Below, one piece after another: positions 8,747-20,200 of a stretch of 58,383 nucleotides of DNA. The DNA lies in the IMG/VR virus record IMGVR_UViG_3300025018_000173, positions 1 through 58,383 of that record; one strand, given 5' to 3'. Under the pieces are notes generated by a model that did not search any database, was not told the DNA's origin, and saw nothing but the letters and a program-made list of their open reading frames with translations. The position numbers and the translations under genes were made by a program. The DNA is from a virus (lineage: Duplodnaviria; Caudoviricetes). The number at the start of each line of letters is the position of its first letter. Position 1 is the stretch's first letter.

Positions 8747-9550
8747 TTACTCGGCTGCGAGCCGAAGAGTTTTGTGCTTTTTCTCGGCACGGTCGATGAT
8801 GGCGTCGAAGCCGGGTTGGTCGCGCATGTCCTCGATCCGTCGGATGCGGCGCAGCACAGTGGACGGTACGACGTTCAGATCGCGCGCTAGCTGACGCATG
8901 CTCTGTCCGCCGATCACATGCGCGACGTACAGGTCGATGTTTTCCGACAGCTTGGGATCGCACTCGATGGACTTGACGACGATGCGGTATCCGATGCCCC
9001 ACATCGTTTCGATTTCGTATCGCGATCCCTCGATCTTTTTGCGCATATGGCAAATCTGCACCTTCAGATTGCTGTCGCTGATGTCGTCGTCGTCACGATC
9101 CGCCTCGAGGCGCAGGATCAGCGCGTCCTTGGTGATCTCGGCTCCGTGCGCTGACGCGATGATTAGCCAGATGCGGGCCTGCCGCGACGTGAACCCGAAC
9201 TCGCGCATGACATCAATCTGGCGCTTGGGATCACTGCCAGTTAGTATTTCGATACGTTCGGTCAGATCCTCGACTGACGACACGTCGATGCCGGAGCGGA
9301 TGGTATCGCCCCGACATTCCAGCACAGCATTCAGCAGCAGGCTGACGATCTGCTTGGCTGACCGCGCAGGCCAGCCTTTTTCTGCCTCGATGTCCGTCAA
9401 CGACTTTTCCGTGATGATGACATCATGCAGCACGCGGAACAGGGACGGCGCCAGCTGGAACTGGTTGGGCGCGCGGCTGAACTGGTACGCGGCCATCACC
9501 TGCATATCGGTCAGAAAGCCGCGCTTTTGCATGAGAATGATCGTCCGCAC
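8747..9550 (-). CDS. Three-domain transcription regulator: DUF6456/GafA-C-like + CtrA/OmpR winged helix + GafA-N-like HTH
   Basis: LTDIEAEKGWPARSAKQIV; NLKVQICHMRKKIEGSRYEIETMWGIGY; YVAHVIGGQSMRQLARDLNVVPSTVLRRIRRIEDMRDQP. Confidence 0.75.
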   Translation of the reverse strand: MRTIILMQKRGFLTDMQVMAAYQFSRAPNQFQLAPSLFRVLHDVIITEKSLTDIEAEKGWPARSAKQIVSLLLNAVLECRGDTIRSGIDVSSVEDLTERIEILTGSDPKRQIDVMREFGFTSRQARIWLIIASAHGAEITKDALILRLEADRDDDDISDSNLKVQICHMRKKIEGSRYEIETMWGIGYRIVVKSIECDPKLSENIDLYVAHVIGGQSMRQLARDLNVVPSTVLRRIRRIEDMRDQPGFDAIIDRAEKKHKTLRLAAE

Positions 9551-9554
9551 CCGG

Positions 9555-9785
9555 CTAGCCCGCCATAAATCGCTTGATGATCCGCTTCACCTTGTGCTCG
9601 GCGTAGCGGCTGATTTCCGCAGCCCGGAACGCAGCCGCGTATTCGTGATACGTCGGAAACTGCGTCCCGAGAAGGGCCTCTTCGTGCCTTTGCACCTCTT
9701 GGTGCAGGAAGGCTTCGATCTCGCGCACCATCGCGTCCTTGTTGGGCGCGTTCAGGAGTGCGACTTTGGTATCATGAGGCGGCAT
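9555..9785 (-). CDS. Hypothetical protein
   Basis: 76 aa from ATG 9785, in the operon. Confidence 0.5.
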   Translation of the reverse strand: MPPHDTKVALLNAPNKDAMVREIEAFLHQEVQRHEEALLGTQFPTYHEYAAAFRAAEISRYAEHKVKRIIKRFMAG

Positions 9786-9933
9786 GCTTGCTCGCTTTCC
9801 GCCGCGCAGCCGCATCGGCAGCCTTGGTGTGCTTCACGAACCGCTGCGCCGTGGCCTGCGGGATGCCGACCTTGGACTTCCCCTTGGCCGCTGCGAACAT
9901 GGCCCGGCGCTGCCGCTCACTGACCGCCGGCAT
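9772..9933 (-). CDS. Small basic phage protein
   Basis: MPAVSERQRRAMFAAAKGKSKVGIPQATAQRFV, a type often found near portal genes. ATG overlaps the upstream stop. Confidence 0.6.
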   Translation of the reverse strand: MPAVSERQRRAMFAAAKGKSKVGIPQATAQRFVKHTKAADAAARRKASKHAAS

Positions 9934-10154
9934 CAGCTTTCGGCCTTCTTGGTGGTGCGCTTCGCCTTGGGCTCCGGCTCGGGCGTGGGCTCGGGCGTGG
10001 GCTCCGGCTCGGGTGTGGGCTCCGGCTCGGGCGTGATCTCGTCCACGATGACGCTTGTGGCCTTCGTGCCCGTGATCTTGGTCAGCACGGTGCGATCCGC
10101 GCCGGGGGCCGCGGGGTCGATGCCGAGGTGTGCGTAGAGTTTGGATCGTGCCAT
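9933..10154 (-). CDS. Small protein with Pro-Glu repeats
   Basis: 73 aa with a TPEPEPTPEPEPTPEP tail, coupled to the portal stop. Confidence 0.55.
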   Translation of the reverse strand: MARSKLYAHLGIDPAAPGADRTVLTKITGTKATSVIVDEITPEPEPTPEPEPTPEPTPEPEPKAKRTTKKAES

Positions 10155-12520
10155 CAGCGTGCGCTCCTGTTGGGGTTGGGGTTGGGGTTGTTGTTCTGCG
10201 TCGGGGCTCCGCGTGGCGCGTTTCCTCGAAGCCCGGCAATCAAGAGGCTTGTCGCATTGTCTTCCCGGTTGTTCAGCGTGGCGGTCTCGTTGTCGCCCTT
10301 CTTCTGGCGGCTCTCCATGGCTTCCTTGGCCAGCGTGGTCTCACTGCGGATGCGTTCGACCGCCACCTTGTTCTCGGCGCGGATCTGCTCGATCTGGACC
10401 TTGATGTCCTCTTCGGTCGGACCGGCACGCATCTGCTCGATCTGCGCCATGGTCTCGGCGATCATCGGGGCGATCTGGTACTCGACCTCGGGCGGGATGC
10501 CCTCGGCGAAGGCTTCCATCGGGATGCCCATGGCTGCCGCGACCTGCACCGCCATGTCGAGCGCGAAGTGCTCGGTGATGTGCGCGGCCAGCGCCGCCAT
10601 CGCCATCTCGCCATCCTCGGCCGACACCGGCGCCGTCTGCAAGCCCTTGAGGCTCGCCATGTGCGCGTCGATGTGCGCGGCGTGGTTCTGGGCCGGGCCC
10701 GCCACAATCGGGACGCGCTTCAGTGCGCGCGTGTATTCGGTCAGCGGGTCCGCCGGCTTGGCCTCTTGGGGCTCCGGCAGCAGCAGGTGGTCGATGTCGC
10801 TCGCGCCGATAGCGTTCAGGAAGTCGATCAGCGCCGCGCGCTTGTCCATGACATCCGGGTTGGCCGTCGCCGTATCCAGCTTGACCTGCGCCTCCATCAT
10901 GCGGCGGGCGCGGCTGATCTGCGACGGGTCCATCGCGGGCAGCAGCTTGGTCAGGATCAGGTCTTCGGGCTGAAGCGCGCTGTTCTGCCCGAAGGGCACC
11001 GTCTGGTTGCCGAAGATCTCCCGCATGCGCTGGTGGATCAGGGTCAGTTCGGTCTTGTTGGCCTTGTAGAGCCGACGGTGCACCGCGCTCTGGAACTTGG
11101 TCTGCTCGTCGTACGCCGCCATGGCAGGACCGGGCGCGACCGACGGGCCCATCATGGACGTCAGGTCCGCGGTAGCGATGCCGCCCAGTTCCTTGCCGTT
11201 GACCTCCATGCGGTCCATGAGGGACATGAGACCTTGGTCCGGGCCCTTGAACGGGTGCAGCATGAGGCTGTCCGAGATCGGCCCTGCGGCGGGGCTGTCC
11301 ACGTCCACGAACGACCCCGGAATGACGCGGGTGTTGTCGTCGCGGATCGACATGGTGGACTTCTTGAAGCCCGCCGGGTGGTTCGCCAGATAGGCCGCGT
11401 CCAGCCCCGCCCGCTGCCCGTCGCGCAGCGCCTCGGTCTGGTTCGCCAGCAGCGCGCCCAGCCCGAGGGCGAAGATCGAAGACTTGCCGGGGTGGTACGG
11501 GTAGGCGACGAAGTGCTCGATGCGCCGCTCTTCGGGGTCGCCGTCCACCCAGTTGCGACGGATCGCCAGCACCTGCCCGTTGGCCTTGGCCGTAGTGATC
11601 ACGTAGGGGCGCGACAGGCCCTGCGGATGCGGGTCGTCCTCGAGGAACAGGTTCGCGTGCGTCTCGTACAGCGTGTACGCCTCGTCGCCGTTCAAGTGCG
11701 CGTCGCTGATCCCTTGGATGATGTCGCGCTGCCGGGTGACGGCGTCCTGATCGGCGGTGTCGCCGGTGGCCATATCGACGACCCGATAGATGCCGTTGAC
11801 CATGTACCGGACGAGGTCTGAGGCGTTGACCCGCATACGGTGCGTGATGCGCCCGACCCGCGTGGACTTTGCGTCGTACGAAATGAACAGGTCTTCGAGC
11901 GGAACGTAGTCGGCCCGGACCGGCGCCGACGGCAAGGTCGGATCGACGTAGATCTTGCGGATGCCGACGCCCATGAGCCCGCAGTCGCGCAGGATGAGGT
12001 CCGTGTCTTCCTCGTAGCTGGGCAGCTTGCTGCCGAGGTAGTCGAGGTAGTACGCTTCGACGCGCTTGATGGCCTTCTCGATCGCACGCTCGGCGTCCCC
12101 GCGCTGCTCCTTGTCGAGCCCATCGAGGTCGAACGCGCACACCGCGGTGCAGACCTTTTCGGGCGGCAGCATCTCACTGAGGGCCGTGGATTGGAACCGG
12201 GTCAGCGCAGCCAGCAGCAGGGGGTGGTCCGACGTGTTGGCGCTCTCGTACTCGGTGTCGTCGCTGTCGCTCTCGGGCCCGATGCCCAGCAGCTTCATGG
12301 CGCGCGTGTTCTGCTCTTCCCATTCGCCGCGGCTCGACTTGTCCGCGTCGGCCTTCTGCGTGATGTATCCGCCGATCTCGTCCAGCTTCGCGCGATCCAA
12401 GGACAGCGCGAGGTTCGCGCCGTGCCCGACCGGGCCGGGCTTGACCTCGATCTGCTGCTCTTCGCCGACGATTATGTCGCCCGTCTCTTCATCGCGGCGG
12501 ACAACGGTCTGCACGTTCAT
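10154..12520 (-). CDS. Portal protein (podophage type)
   Basis: 788 aa: HPLLLAALTRFQS.A..E.LP, G.RKIY.DP, QVLAIRRNW, long C-terminal helical barrel. Follows the terminase. Confidence 0.9.
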   Translation of the reverse strand: MNVQTVVRRDEETGDIIVGEEQQIEVKPGPVGHGANLALSLDRAKLDEIGGYITQKADADKSSRGEWEEQNTRAMKLLGIGPESDSDDTEYESANTSDHPLLLAALTRFQSTALSEMLPPEKVCTAVCAFDLDGLDKEQRGDAERAIEKAIKRVEAYYLDYLGSKLPSYEEDTDLILRDCGLMGVGIRKIYVDPTLPSAPVRADYVPLEDLFISYDAKSTRVGRITHRMRVNASDLVRYMVNGIYRVVDMATGDTADQDAVTRQRDIIQGISDAHLNGDEAYTLYETHANLFLEDDPHPQGLSRPYVITTAKANGQVLAIRRNWVDGDPEERRIEHFVAYPYHPGKSSIFALGLGALLANQTEALRDGQRAGLDAAYLANHPAGFKKSTMSIRDDNTRVIPGSFVDVDSPAAGPISDSLMLHPFKGPDQGLMSLMDRMEVNGKELGGIATADLTSMMGPSVAPGPAMAAYDEQTKFQSAVHRRLYKANKTELTLIHQRMREIFGNQTVPFGQNSALQPEDLILTKLLPAMDPSQISRARRMMEAQVKLDTATANPDVMDKRAALIDFLNAIGASDIDHLLLPEPQEAKPADPLTEYTRALKRVPIVAGPAQNHAAHIDAHMASLKGLQTAPVSAEDGEMAMAALAAHITEHFALDMAVQVAAAMGIPMEAFAEGIPPEVEYQIAPMIAETMAQIEQMRAGPTEEDIKVQIEQIRAENKVAVERIRSETTLAKEAMESRQKKGDNETATLNNREDNATSLLIAGLRGNAPRGAPTQNNNPNPNPNRSAR

Positions 12521-13296
12521 CAGTGGACCCTTCGCATGGTTGTACCATAGTAAGGCTTTTTCGGCCTCGTGAACAGGTTGGATTTAAGCGCCGGCGGCAC
12601 GAGTTTCGTGGCTGCCCAGACCGCCCCGGCCGTCGCCATCACGAGGTCATCGTTGTGCCCTTCCATAGCCTCGGGCCGACCCGGTCCGCGCCACACGAAC
12701 GCTCGGAACTCGCCCTCGAGTTCGCGCGTGCCGGGCGCGTCGCGTTCCAGCTTCAGATGGTGCGTCTCGATCTGGATGCGCAGGTTGTCGAGACCGGCCA
12801 GCCGCGGCATGACCATCTTCTTGGCCGCGGCGGTGTCGTCGTTCATGACCCCGATCGTCGTGTACCCGATGACCGGCGTCGAGCGGGACAGCTTCGACCG
12901 CAGGGCCTGCTCGTACCCGTACCCGACGCCGTTGGTCTCCACACAAAACACCGTGCCCATGGACGCCCCCTTGGATTGCAGGCCCTTGAGGTATCGGTTC
13001 AGCCGGAACATCTGCGCGAGCACATCCGCGTACTCGAGTTCTTGGTTCAGGCGCAGCGCCATCTTGATGCGCAGCATGTGCTCGACCGCGAAATCAGGGT
13101 CTTCGGGCTCGCCTTTCTGGTGCTCTTCCCGCGCGAGCAGGACCACGCCAGTGTAATCCTCGCCGTCCGCGGCCGGGTCCAGCGCGACGAAGTGCACGGG
13201 CGGGATCCGCAAGACGAACCCGCGATCTTTCAGGGTCACGCCCGTGTTGAACATGAACCGGGCCTTGTTGGCTTCGCTCTTCGTCGTATTGCTCAC
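12520..13296 (-). CDS. Terminase large subunit, C-terminal nuclease domain (separate gene)
   Basis: FVALDPAADGEDYTG, CVETNGVG and HNDDLVMATA form an RNase H-like acidic triad. It has its own GAGGT RBS and GTG start. Confidence 0.8.
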   Translation of the reverse strand: MSNTTKSEANKARFMFNTGVTLKDRGFVLRIPPVHFVALDPAADGEDYTGVVLLAREEHQKGEPEDPDFAVEHMLRIKMALRLNQELEYADVLAQMFRLNRYLKGLQSKGASMGTVFCVETNGVGYGYEQALRSKLSRSTPVIGYTTIGVMNDDTAAAKKMVMPRLAGLDNLRIQIETHHLKLERDAPGTRELEGEFRAFVWRGPGRPEAMEGHNDDLVMATAGAVWAATKLVPPALKSNLFTRPKKPYYGTTMRRVH

Positions 13297-13305
13297 GGTA
13301 ATACC

Positions 13306-14232
13306 TCAGTCGTAGAGGGTTCGGCGGACCCGGTCCGTGCGGTCGAGTGCTGCGACGAGGTCGTCCCGGTCGGGGGACGGGGCGAACTCGAGGCGGTCGA
13401 TCGCTTCCGTGATCTCAAGGTTCTCGAGGTCGATGTCCTCGCCGCTGAACAGTGCGTTCAAGCTGTCGTAGCCGAAGAAGGCGCCCTCCGGCGACAGGAA
13501 CTGCGCGAGGTATTCCTGCTTGAACCGCAGTTCGCCGAGCGTGATCAGTTCCGCAGCCAAGAAGTCCGCGCCGATGCGCGGACACTGGTGGTGCGTGACC
13601 TGCCGGTGCCAGAACGCTCCTGAAGACCGGCCCTCGACCGCTTCGTAGAAGAAGCCCGCCGGCCCGTTGGGCGACGAGATCATTTGCAGCGCCCCACCGG
13701 TTGCCGCCAGCGACGGAGTGATAACGGCCAGCAGTTCTTCGGCTGCGAAAGCAGCTTCGTCGAGGATGACGAGGTTGGGCGAGAAGCCCCGGCCTGCGTC
13801 GGGATTTTGACAGGGGATGGCAACCGCAGTGGCGCCGTTCGGTAGCGTGATCGACAGCTTGTTCGCTTCGAGCAGGTCACGTTTATCCCAGTGGTGGAGC
13901 ACGGAATTGCGGATCTTCTCGATGAAGTATGCTGCCTGCCGCAGCGATTTGGAAGCGATCAATACCAACACGCCGGGGTTGTAGGTCATGAACCACGCCG
14001 CGAAGCCCGCTGTCACCGTGCTCTTGCCGGACTGCCGGCATGCCGCGATCGCGATGCGCGAGGTCTCCATGGACGCTTCGATATACTCGAGTTGCCACGG
14101 GTCCAGCTTGAAGCCGTTGGTGGTCTCGATGTATTGGACAGCCCCCATGGGTTTCGGGGCGCGCGTCGTGACCGCCGCGCGATTGAGGTTCTCGACTACC
14201 CGATCAACATGGAACTTGAACCTGTTGAACAT
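13306..14232 (-). CDS. Terminase large subunit, N-terminal ATPase domain
   Basis: LDPWQ adenine motif, Walker A CRQSGKST, Walker B VILDEAAF, ISSPNG coupling motif, FKQEYLAQF. Confidence 0.9.
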   Translation of the reverse strand: MFNRFKFHVDRVVENLNRAAVTTRAPKPMGAVQYIETTNGFKLDPWQLEYIEASMETSRIAIAACRQSGKSTVTAGFAAWFMTYNPGVLVLIASKSLRQAAYFIEKIRNSVLHHWDKRDLLEANKLSITLPNGATAVAIPCQNPDAGRGFSPNLVILDEAAFAAEELLAVITPSLAATGGALQMISSPNGPAGFFYEAVEGRSSGAFWHRQVTHHQCPRIGADFLAAELITLGELRFKQEYLAQFLSPEGAFFGYDSLNALFSGEDIDLENLEITEAIDRLEFAPSPDRDDLVAALDRTDRVRRTLYD

Positions 14233-17200
14233 TACTCTGCCGCGACGGCCTCCACTGCGGACTTCGTGAGCGCGTTGATCTGCCGCTGGATCTGGCGCAC
14301 CTGCTCGTTCTTCGCAGCCGCGCTAAGGTTGCTCGCCCGGACCCGTTTCTGCAAGTTCCGCAGTTCGATGACCCGCCGCGAGACCTGCCCCAGCCCGGTC
14401 TTGGCTTGCAGCAGGCGGCGGTTCTCGTCGATGACCTCTTCGTAGAGCGCCTGATCGCCTGTCCGCTGCGCGAACCGCAGTGTGGCAGCGGCTTGGTCGG
14501 CCGCGCGCTTCATCTCGTAGAACTCCGAGGTGAACGCGGTGTTGGACGGGTCAGACTGCGCATAGACCGCGCGCTGGGCCCGGCTCAGGATCTCATCGAC
14601 CGGGCGCAGCAGCCCCGGTACGTTCTGCCCGAGCACCCGGTTCGGCTGCGGCGTGCTGCCTGTGACCGCCGAGGACACGGCGTCTGCCATGGCGAGCACG
14701 TAGCCGCCCATGGGCCCCAGATAGCCGCGTGTCAGGGCCTCGGCCTGCACGGGAGACAGTTCGGTGTCCATGCCCATCATGGCGCCCAGAACGCGCGACA
14801 GCCCGCCGTACGCCGGCTGCGTGGACTTGAGCGCGTCGCTGGTCGTCTCACGGTATCGCTGCGCAGGCTCGAGATACTGCATGCCCAGACTTTCGATGGG
14901 CCGCCCCGTGAAGAAGGACTTGTTCATGCCGACTTCGACGATCGGTTTGAACGCCTGCGGGATCGGGTTCAGCGACAGCGTGCTGGACAGGCCGCGGGCG
15001 ATCGCGCCGCGGGTCTCGTCGCCGCCGTCTTCGCCCGCCAAGCGGCGGTACACACGGGCCGGGACCGTGCCGAACAGCAGCCCGATCTCGAAGCCCTTCG
15101 GGAACCGGAACAGTTCGCCGTTCGGCCCGCGGAAATGGAAGTAGGCGTCCTTCTGCCACTCTTCGAGCGCCTCGTACTCGTCGTCGCCTGCCAGCGCCGC
15201 TTCGAGCAGCACCGCCACGGCGGCCATCATCGTGCCGCGCACGGCCATCTGCACGGCCAGCCTGCGCCGCATGGTCTCCTTGTTCGCGCCCGCGCCTGCG
15301 GCCTGCATGGCGAGGCGATCGAGGCCCTGCACCCGCGCGTTCAGGTACGGGATGGCCGAGACCGCGAGGCGCATGACCGTGTTGCTGCCGCGCGAGGCGT
15401 AGTTCGCCATGAAGGTGGCTTGGAACAGCGCCTCGTCCTTGTCGCCCGTCTCGGCCAGCACCCGGTCGTAGACCGTCCGGCGGTTGCCGAGTTCGGTCTT
15501 GCGCCCGAAGGTCTCCCACTGGTGCCACAGGTCCGTGACCGGTGCGAGCCGCCCCTTCGGCTTCTTGCCGAACCGCTCGGCGAGGATGCGGTCGAGCCGC
15601 TCGTAGTCGTAGAGCGACGCGCTGCCGACGTCCAGATAGCCGTCCTCGCCCTCGGCCCACGTTTCGCGGAAGCCCTTGAAGGTGTCGATGAAGGGCTTGG
15701 CGCCCTTGGCGGGCGACAGCACCCACGCCTGCTGCGTGTCGCGCATGAGGTTGTTCAGCATGAACACCGGGTCGGCCGAGACCGCCTTGGTCAGCAACAG
15801 CTTCGGCTTCTCGAGGATCAGCCGCTCGAACCAGCCGCGTTGCATGGGCTCCATGCCGCGCAGGCTTTCGAGCAGCATGGGCTCGTGGACCTCGAAGAAG
15901 ATCTGCTTGCCATCGACCATGATCGACACTTCACGGCTGCTCTTGGGGGCCTTGTCGCCAACCATGTCCTTGAGCAACTGGATGCTGGCCTTCGTGCCGC
16001 CGGGGCCGTGCAGCAGCGTGTCCATCGGGATGCCGAGGTCTTCCAGCGCGTCCTCGTTGGCCTCGAGCCATTTGCGGTCGAGCATGCCGTCGTAGGTCTT
16101 GGGCATCTGATCGACGTACCGCGTGCCGCCGGGGAACGAGTTGGCGAGGCGGATCGCTTCGCGCGCAGTCGCGTTGCGCCGTGCCTTGTCCAGCATGGCG
16201 TTCATGTTCTTGACCAGCGTCTCCATCGGGTCGAGGACCTGAAGGTCCGACCCGTGCAGGCGGTGCATGCCGTTGGTGCGGGTCTCCATGCCGCGCTGGC
16301 GGCGCACCGTCAGGTTGCCCTGATCGTTGTGTCCTACGATGTCCGGGTCCATGAACCGGCTGAACGGCACGTAGAGCAGTTCCTCCTGCAAGGTGCCGTC
16401 GGGGTCATAGGAGTTCAGCAGCCGATCGACCTCGGACCGGCCGCTGGCCCGCGGCGTCTTACGCAGGATGCCTGCCTCGCCCATCTGCACGATGAAGTTT
16501 CGGTTGTAGGCGATCATGCCCGCCTTGGTCTTCTCGAACAGGGCCTGCTTGTCCGCCGGCAGCGCGTCGAACATATCGTCGATCAGCTTGATGTCCGCAT
16601 CGTTCAGCAGGTAGTCGCGCTCGCCTGCCTTGGCCTTGCGCTCTGCACGGCTTCGCATGGCGACAGACTGCTTTGCGCGCTGGCCGACCAGCCAGTGCGT
16701 AAAGTGGTTCATGAGACCGGCTTCGTTGATCGGGTCCACGATGTCGAGGAAAGCGTCACGCGTGTCGTCGATCAGGAAGTCCTGCCGCGCGGCGTCCCAT
16801 ACCAACTGGCCTTTGGTCAGCGCGCGCTCCATCAGCGGCGCGGTGTTCGTGGTGATCAGGTGCGCCCGCTTCCAGATGCTGTCCATCCCTTCGGCCACAT
16901 CGCCCGTGCGCCCTGCGGCGGCGAGGTCAAGCTGCCGGAAGCCCTCGTACACATCGACCGCGCCTTGCCGGATGCGGGCGCCTGCGCGCAGCATGCGATC
17001 GCGGTTCAGGGTCTTGATGCTCTCGAGCAGGGTCTTGAACAGCCCGAAGAACGACCGCGCTTCCATCGGGTCGTGGATGATCTTGCGGTTCAGCAGCGCA
17101 GCCATGCGCGCGTCCAGATCGGGCGGCAGATCGGGCGTGCGGATCGGCATGGCAGCCGAGAACCGCGGGTCCGAAGCCGTCTGGTAGGACATCCGCCAGT

Positions 17201-20200
17201 CGTCGGCAGGGTTGCGCACCGCCATGTCGCCCGCGAGCGCGGCGTCGAACACATCGTTCACGCTCAAGAACCCGCGTCCCGCAAACCAGTTCGCGAGGCG
17301 GTTGAAGAACTCTCCGATCTTGGCCAACACCGGACCGATCGGGCCGCGGAACGCCGGGTTGTTCGGCTGACGCGCGTACTGCTGAAGCGCGTAGGCTTCC
17401 AGTTCCTCCTGATCAAGCTGCTGGACCGCCTCGGGGTCCATCTCCTTGGCTGCCAGCGCGCGCAGCTTGGGCCCGGCCGCGGCCAGCACGTCCAGTTCCT
17501 TGGGCGTCACGAGGCCCTTGTCGCGCAGGAAGTGCCAGCTTTCGTGCACCGCGGTCACCTCCGCGCTGTGCGGGCCGTTCATGGCCACCGTGACCAGCGA
17601 CTTCACCGGGTCGTAGCTGCCGGAGACCTCCTGTTCAACGGTGGAAAGAGCACCGGAGCGCCGGATGCCCTCTCCACCGGCCCTCAGCGTATCGACGGTT
17701 TTCACATCCGCCTTCCCGCCCGTCATCCGCGCTACGATCTCCGCCACCCCCGTAGCAGAGAGAGTGCGGTTTCCGCGCTTGAAGGACGGCGCCGCCGCAG
17801 CCGAGAACCTCTGTGTGCCGGGAATGATCTCACGCCCGGCAATGTATTTCTTCACGTCGCCTTCGAGTTCGAGCGCCAGCCCGTTATCGACCATGAAGTC
17901 GATGATCGGCGCGATCTCGTCGCGCGACCGGCTGCCGTTGCGCGTCTCGAGGATCTGCGACGCCTTGGACCCGGAGCCGACCTGTTTCAGTTCAAACCCG
18001 CGATCCGCCAGCATGCGCTTCATCTCTGGGTGATCGAGAACGATCTTGGCGATGTTGGCACCCTTGGCCTTGCCGGTGGCGAACCAGATCTGCAACGTCG
18101 GAAACTGGCCCCGGCCCTTCGCCTTGATCAGCCGGAAGTCGATCGAGTTGTCTTGGTTAAGCGCAGACAGGTACTTCTTGTTGTTGAAGGCTGTCGTGAT
18201 CGGCCACTCCATCTCGCGCAGGTAGGCTTCGATCTTGGCCCGTTTGTCCAGCTTGAGCGGCTGCATCTCCTTGAACTTTTCCAGATCGAAGCTGCGCGGC
18301 ATGAGCACGCCGAACACCTTGTCGTCGCTGTTCTTGTAGTTGAACGTGATGATCTCACCGCGGTTGCCCAATTCACTGAAGCCCGCGAGGATGTTGCCCG
18401 TCACCAGCGCGCGCTCTTCGCTGACGGTCTGCGACCGGTAGAACTCGTCCATGACCGCGCTGTTATCGGCGGGCTGGAACGACGCGAGCCCCTGCTTGAT
18501 GCTCGTGAACGGGATGCGCAGCGGGTGCCGCTGCATCGGGGTCTGAAGGAAGACCTGATACGAGTTCAGGGTCAGCGGGTTGGCGTTGGGCGTGCGCAGC
18601 CGGATGTCCGCGATGTACGCCTGATAGACCTCGGCGTCGCTCTCCTTGGTCTCCTTGTAGCTGACCCGCACCGGCGAACCGACGCCGTCGCCGAGTTGCG
18701 ACACGACGTTGTTGAAGGCCGAGAAGAAATCCGCGTTGCGCTCGCGGTTCTTGCGGCTCTCTTCCATGTCGTACTGATACGTGTCGAACTCGCGCTGGGC
18801 GGCGCGCTGCACCGCCACGAGGTCGCGATACCGCTGGGCGAAGTTGCCGTCCTTGTCGAGCGTCTTCTGCGCCGTGGCCCGCTCTTTCTCGGCCCGCTCG
18901 ATGAGCCCTTTCTCCTTTTCGATCGCGGCCGCGTCCTTCTTCTTCTCGGCCGCTTTCAGCTTCTTGCTGTGCTCGAGGATCCGGGCCTCGGCCTTCTTGA
19001 CCGTGTCCGCGATCTTGGCGCTCGCCTCGACCCGCTCGCGAATGTCGGACGCCTTCATGTCGCCGGTCAGCTTGCGCACGTTGTCCGTGGCCTCGGAGAT
19101 CTTGGCCATAGCCGCCGTGGCCTGTTCGCCGAGTTCCCGCTCGCGGTCGAGCGCCGCCTCGCGGGCGTCGCGCACGGCCTTTTCGGTGTCGTCCAGCAGC
19201 CGGGTCTTGTGCTGCATGCCCTGACGCGGCAGTTCGTACCGATCCGTGATCTCGCCGTCGGTCAGCATCTCGAGGATGTCGGCTTGGATTTGAAGCGGGT
19301 CCTTCGGCTTCACGTCGCGAACCACCGTGACCTTCTGGTAGACGGATGGCGCCGAGAAGGCGGTCGTGCCGTCGCGCTGCGCGGTCAGCGTCTCTTCGGC
19401 CACGACGACCGCCTGAAGGTTCTTGTGCTTGATCTCCGTTTTGTCCAGCCCGAGGTCCGACAGGGTCTCTTTGCGCGAGGTGTAGAACTCGGTCAGATCG
19501 CGCACGAACTCCTGCTGGCTGTGGAACGACAGCATCGCCATACGCGACAGCACCCGGCCCACGAAGGCTTCGTCGGATGCGGCCCGTTCCATCTGCTCGT
19601 CGGTCATCTCGCCGAAGCCCAGCGCCTTGCGCAGATCTTCGCGCTCCATCAGCAGCCCGGCCGCAGCCTGCGAGCCCATGCGGTTCAGCAGGTCGGGCGC
19701 GTCGAGGTTCATCGCGCTGTTGTCGTCGGCCGTCGTGTTGGCGTTCAGCGACCGCAGCTTCTTCATCAGCCGGGCCGTGATGCGCGTCTCGGCGGGCGAG
19801 TTGGTCTGCGCCAGCCGGTAAGCCGGCAGCGCGACCTGTCCTGTGCGATGGATCCGGCCCACAAGCTGCATGAACTCGACGATGTCGGCCATGGGCTGCG
19901 CGATGATCATGGTGCGCGGCTTCTGGTCCTTGAACGCGGCGCTGGCGTGCAGCGACACGCCGGTCGAGCCCGACTGGTTCAGGAACAGCACGTCCAGATC
20001 GCCGCCGTTGAAGGCGTCCATGTTTTCGCGGTTGGTCGTCGCGGTGCGCTTGCGCGTCGCGAGTTTTCCGTCCGGGTCGATCATGAGCGATCGCCCGGTC
20101 ATCTCGTCGTACCGGATGCCAGCCTTGGTCAGTTCCGCGCCGATGTAGTCGATCGGTGAGAACGGCACGTCGATCGGCAGCCGGTTGATCATCTCGTTGG

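Noticed and set aside
14406-20159. 1917-aa plus-strand ORF (also 24018-27497)
   Set aside because: Antisense shadows of the giant gene caused by GC3 bias. They have no domain motifs, unlike the antisense HNH at 21683.
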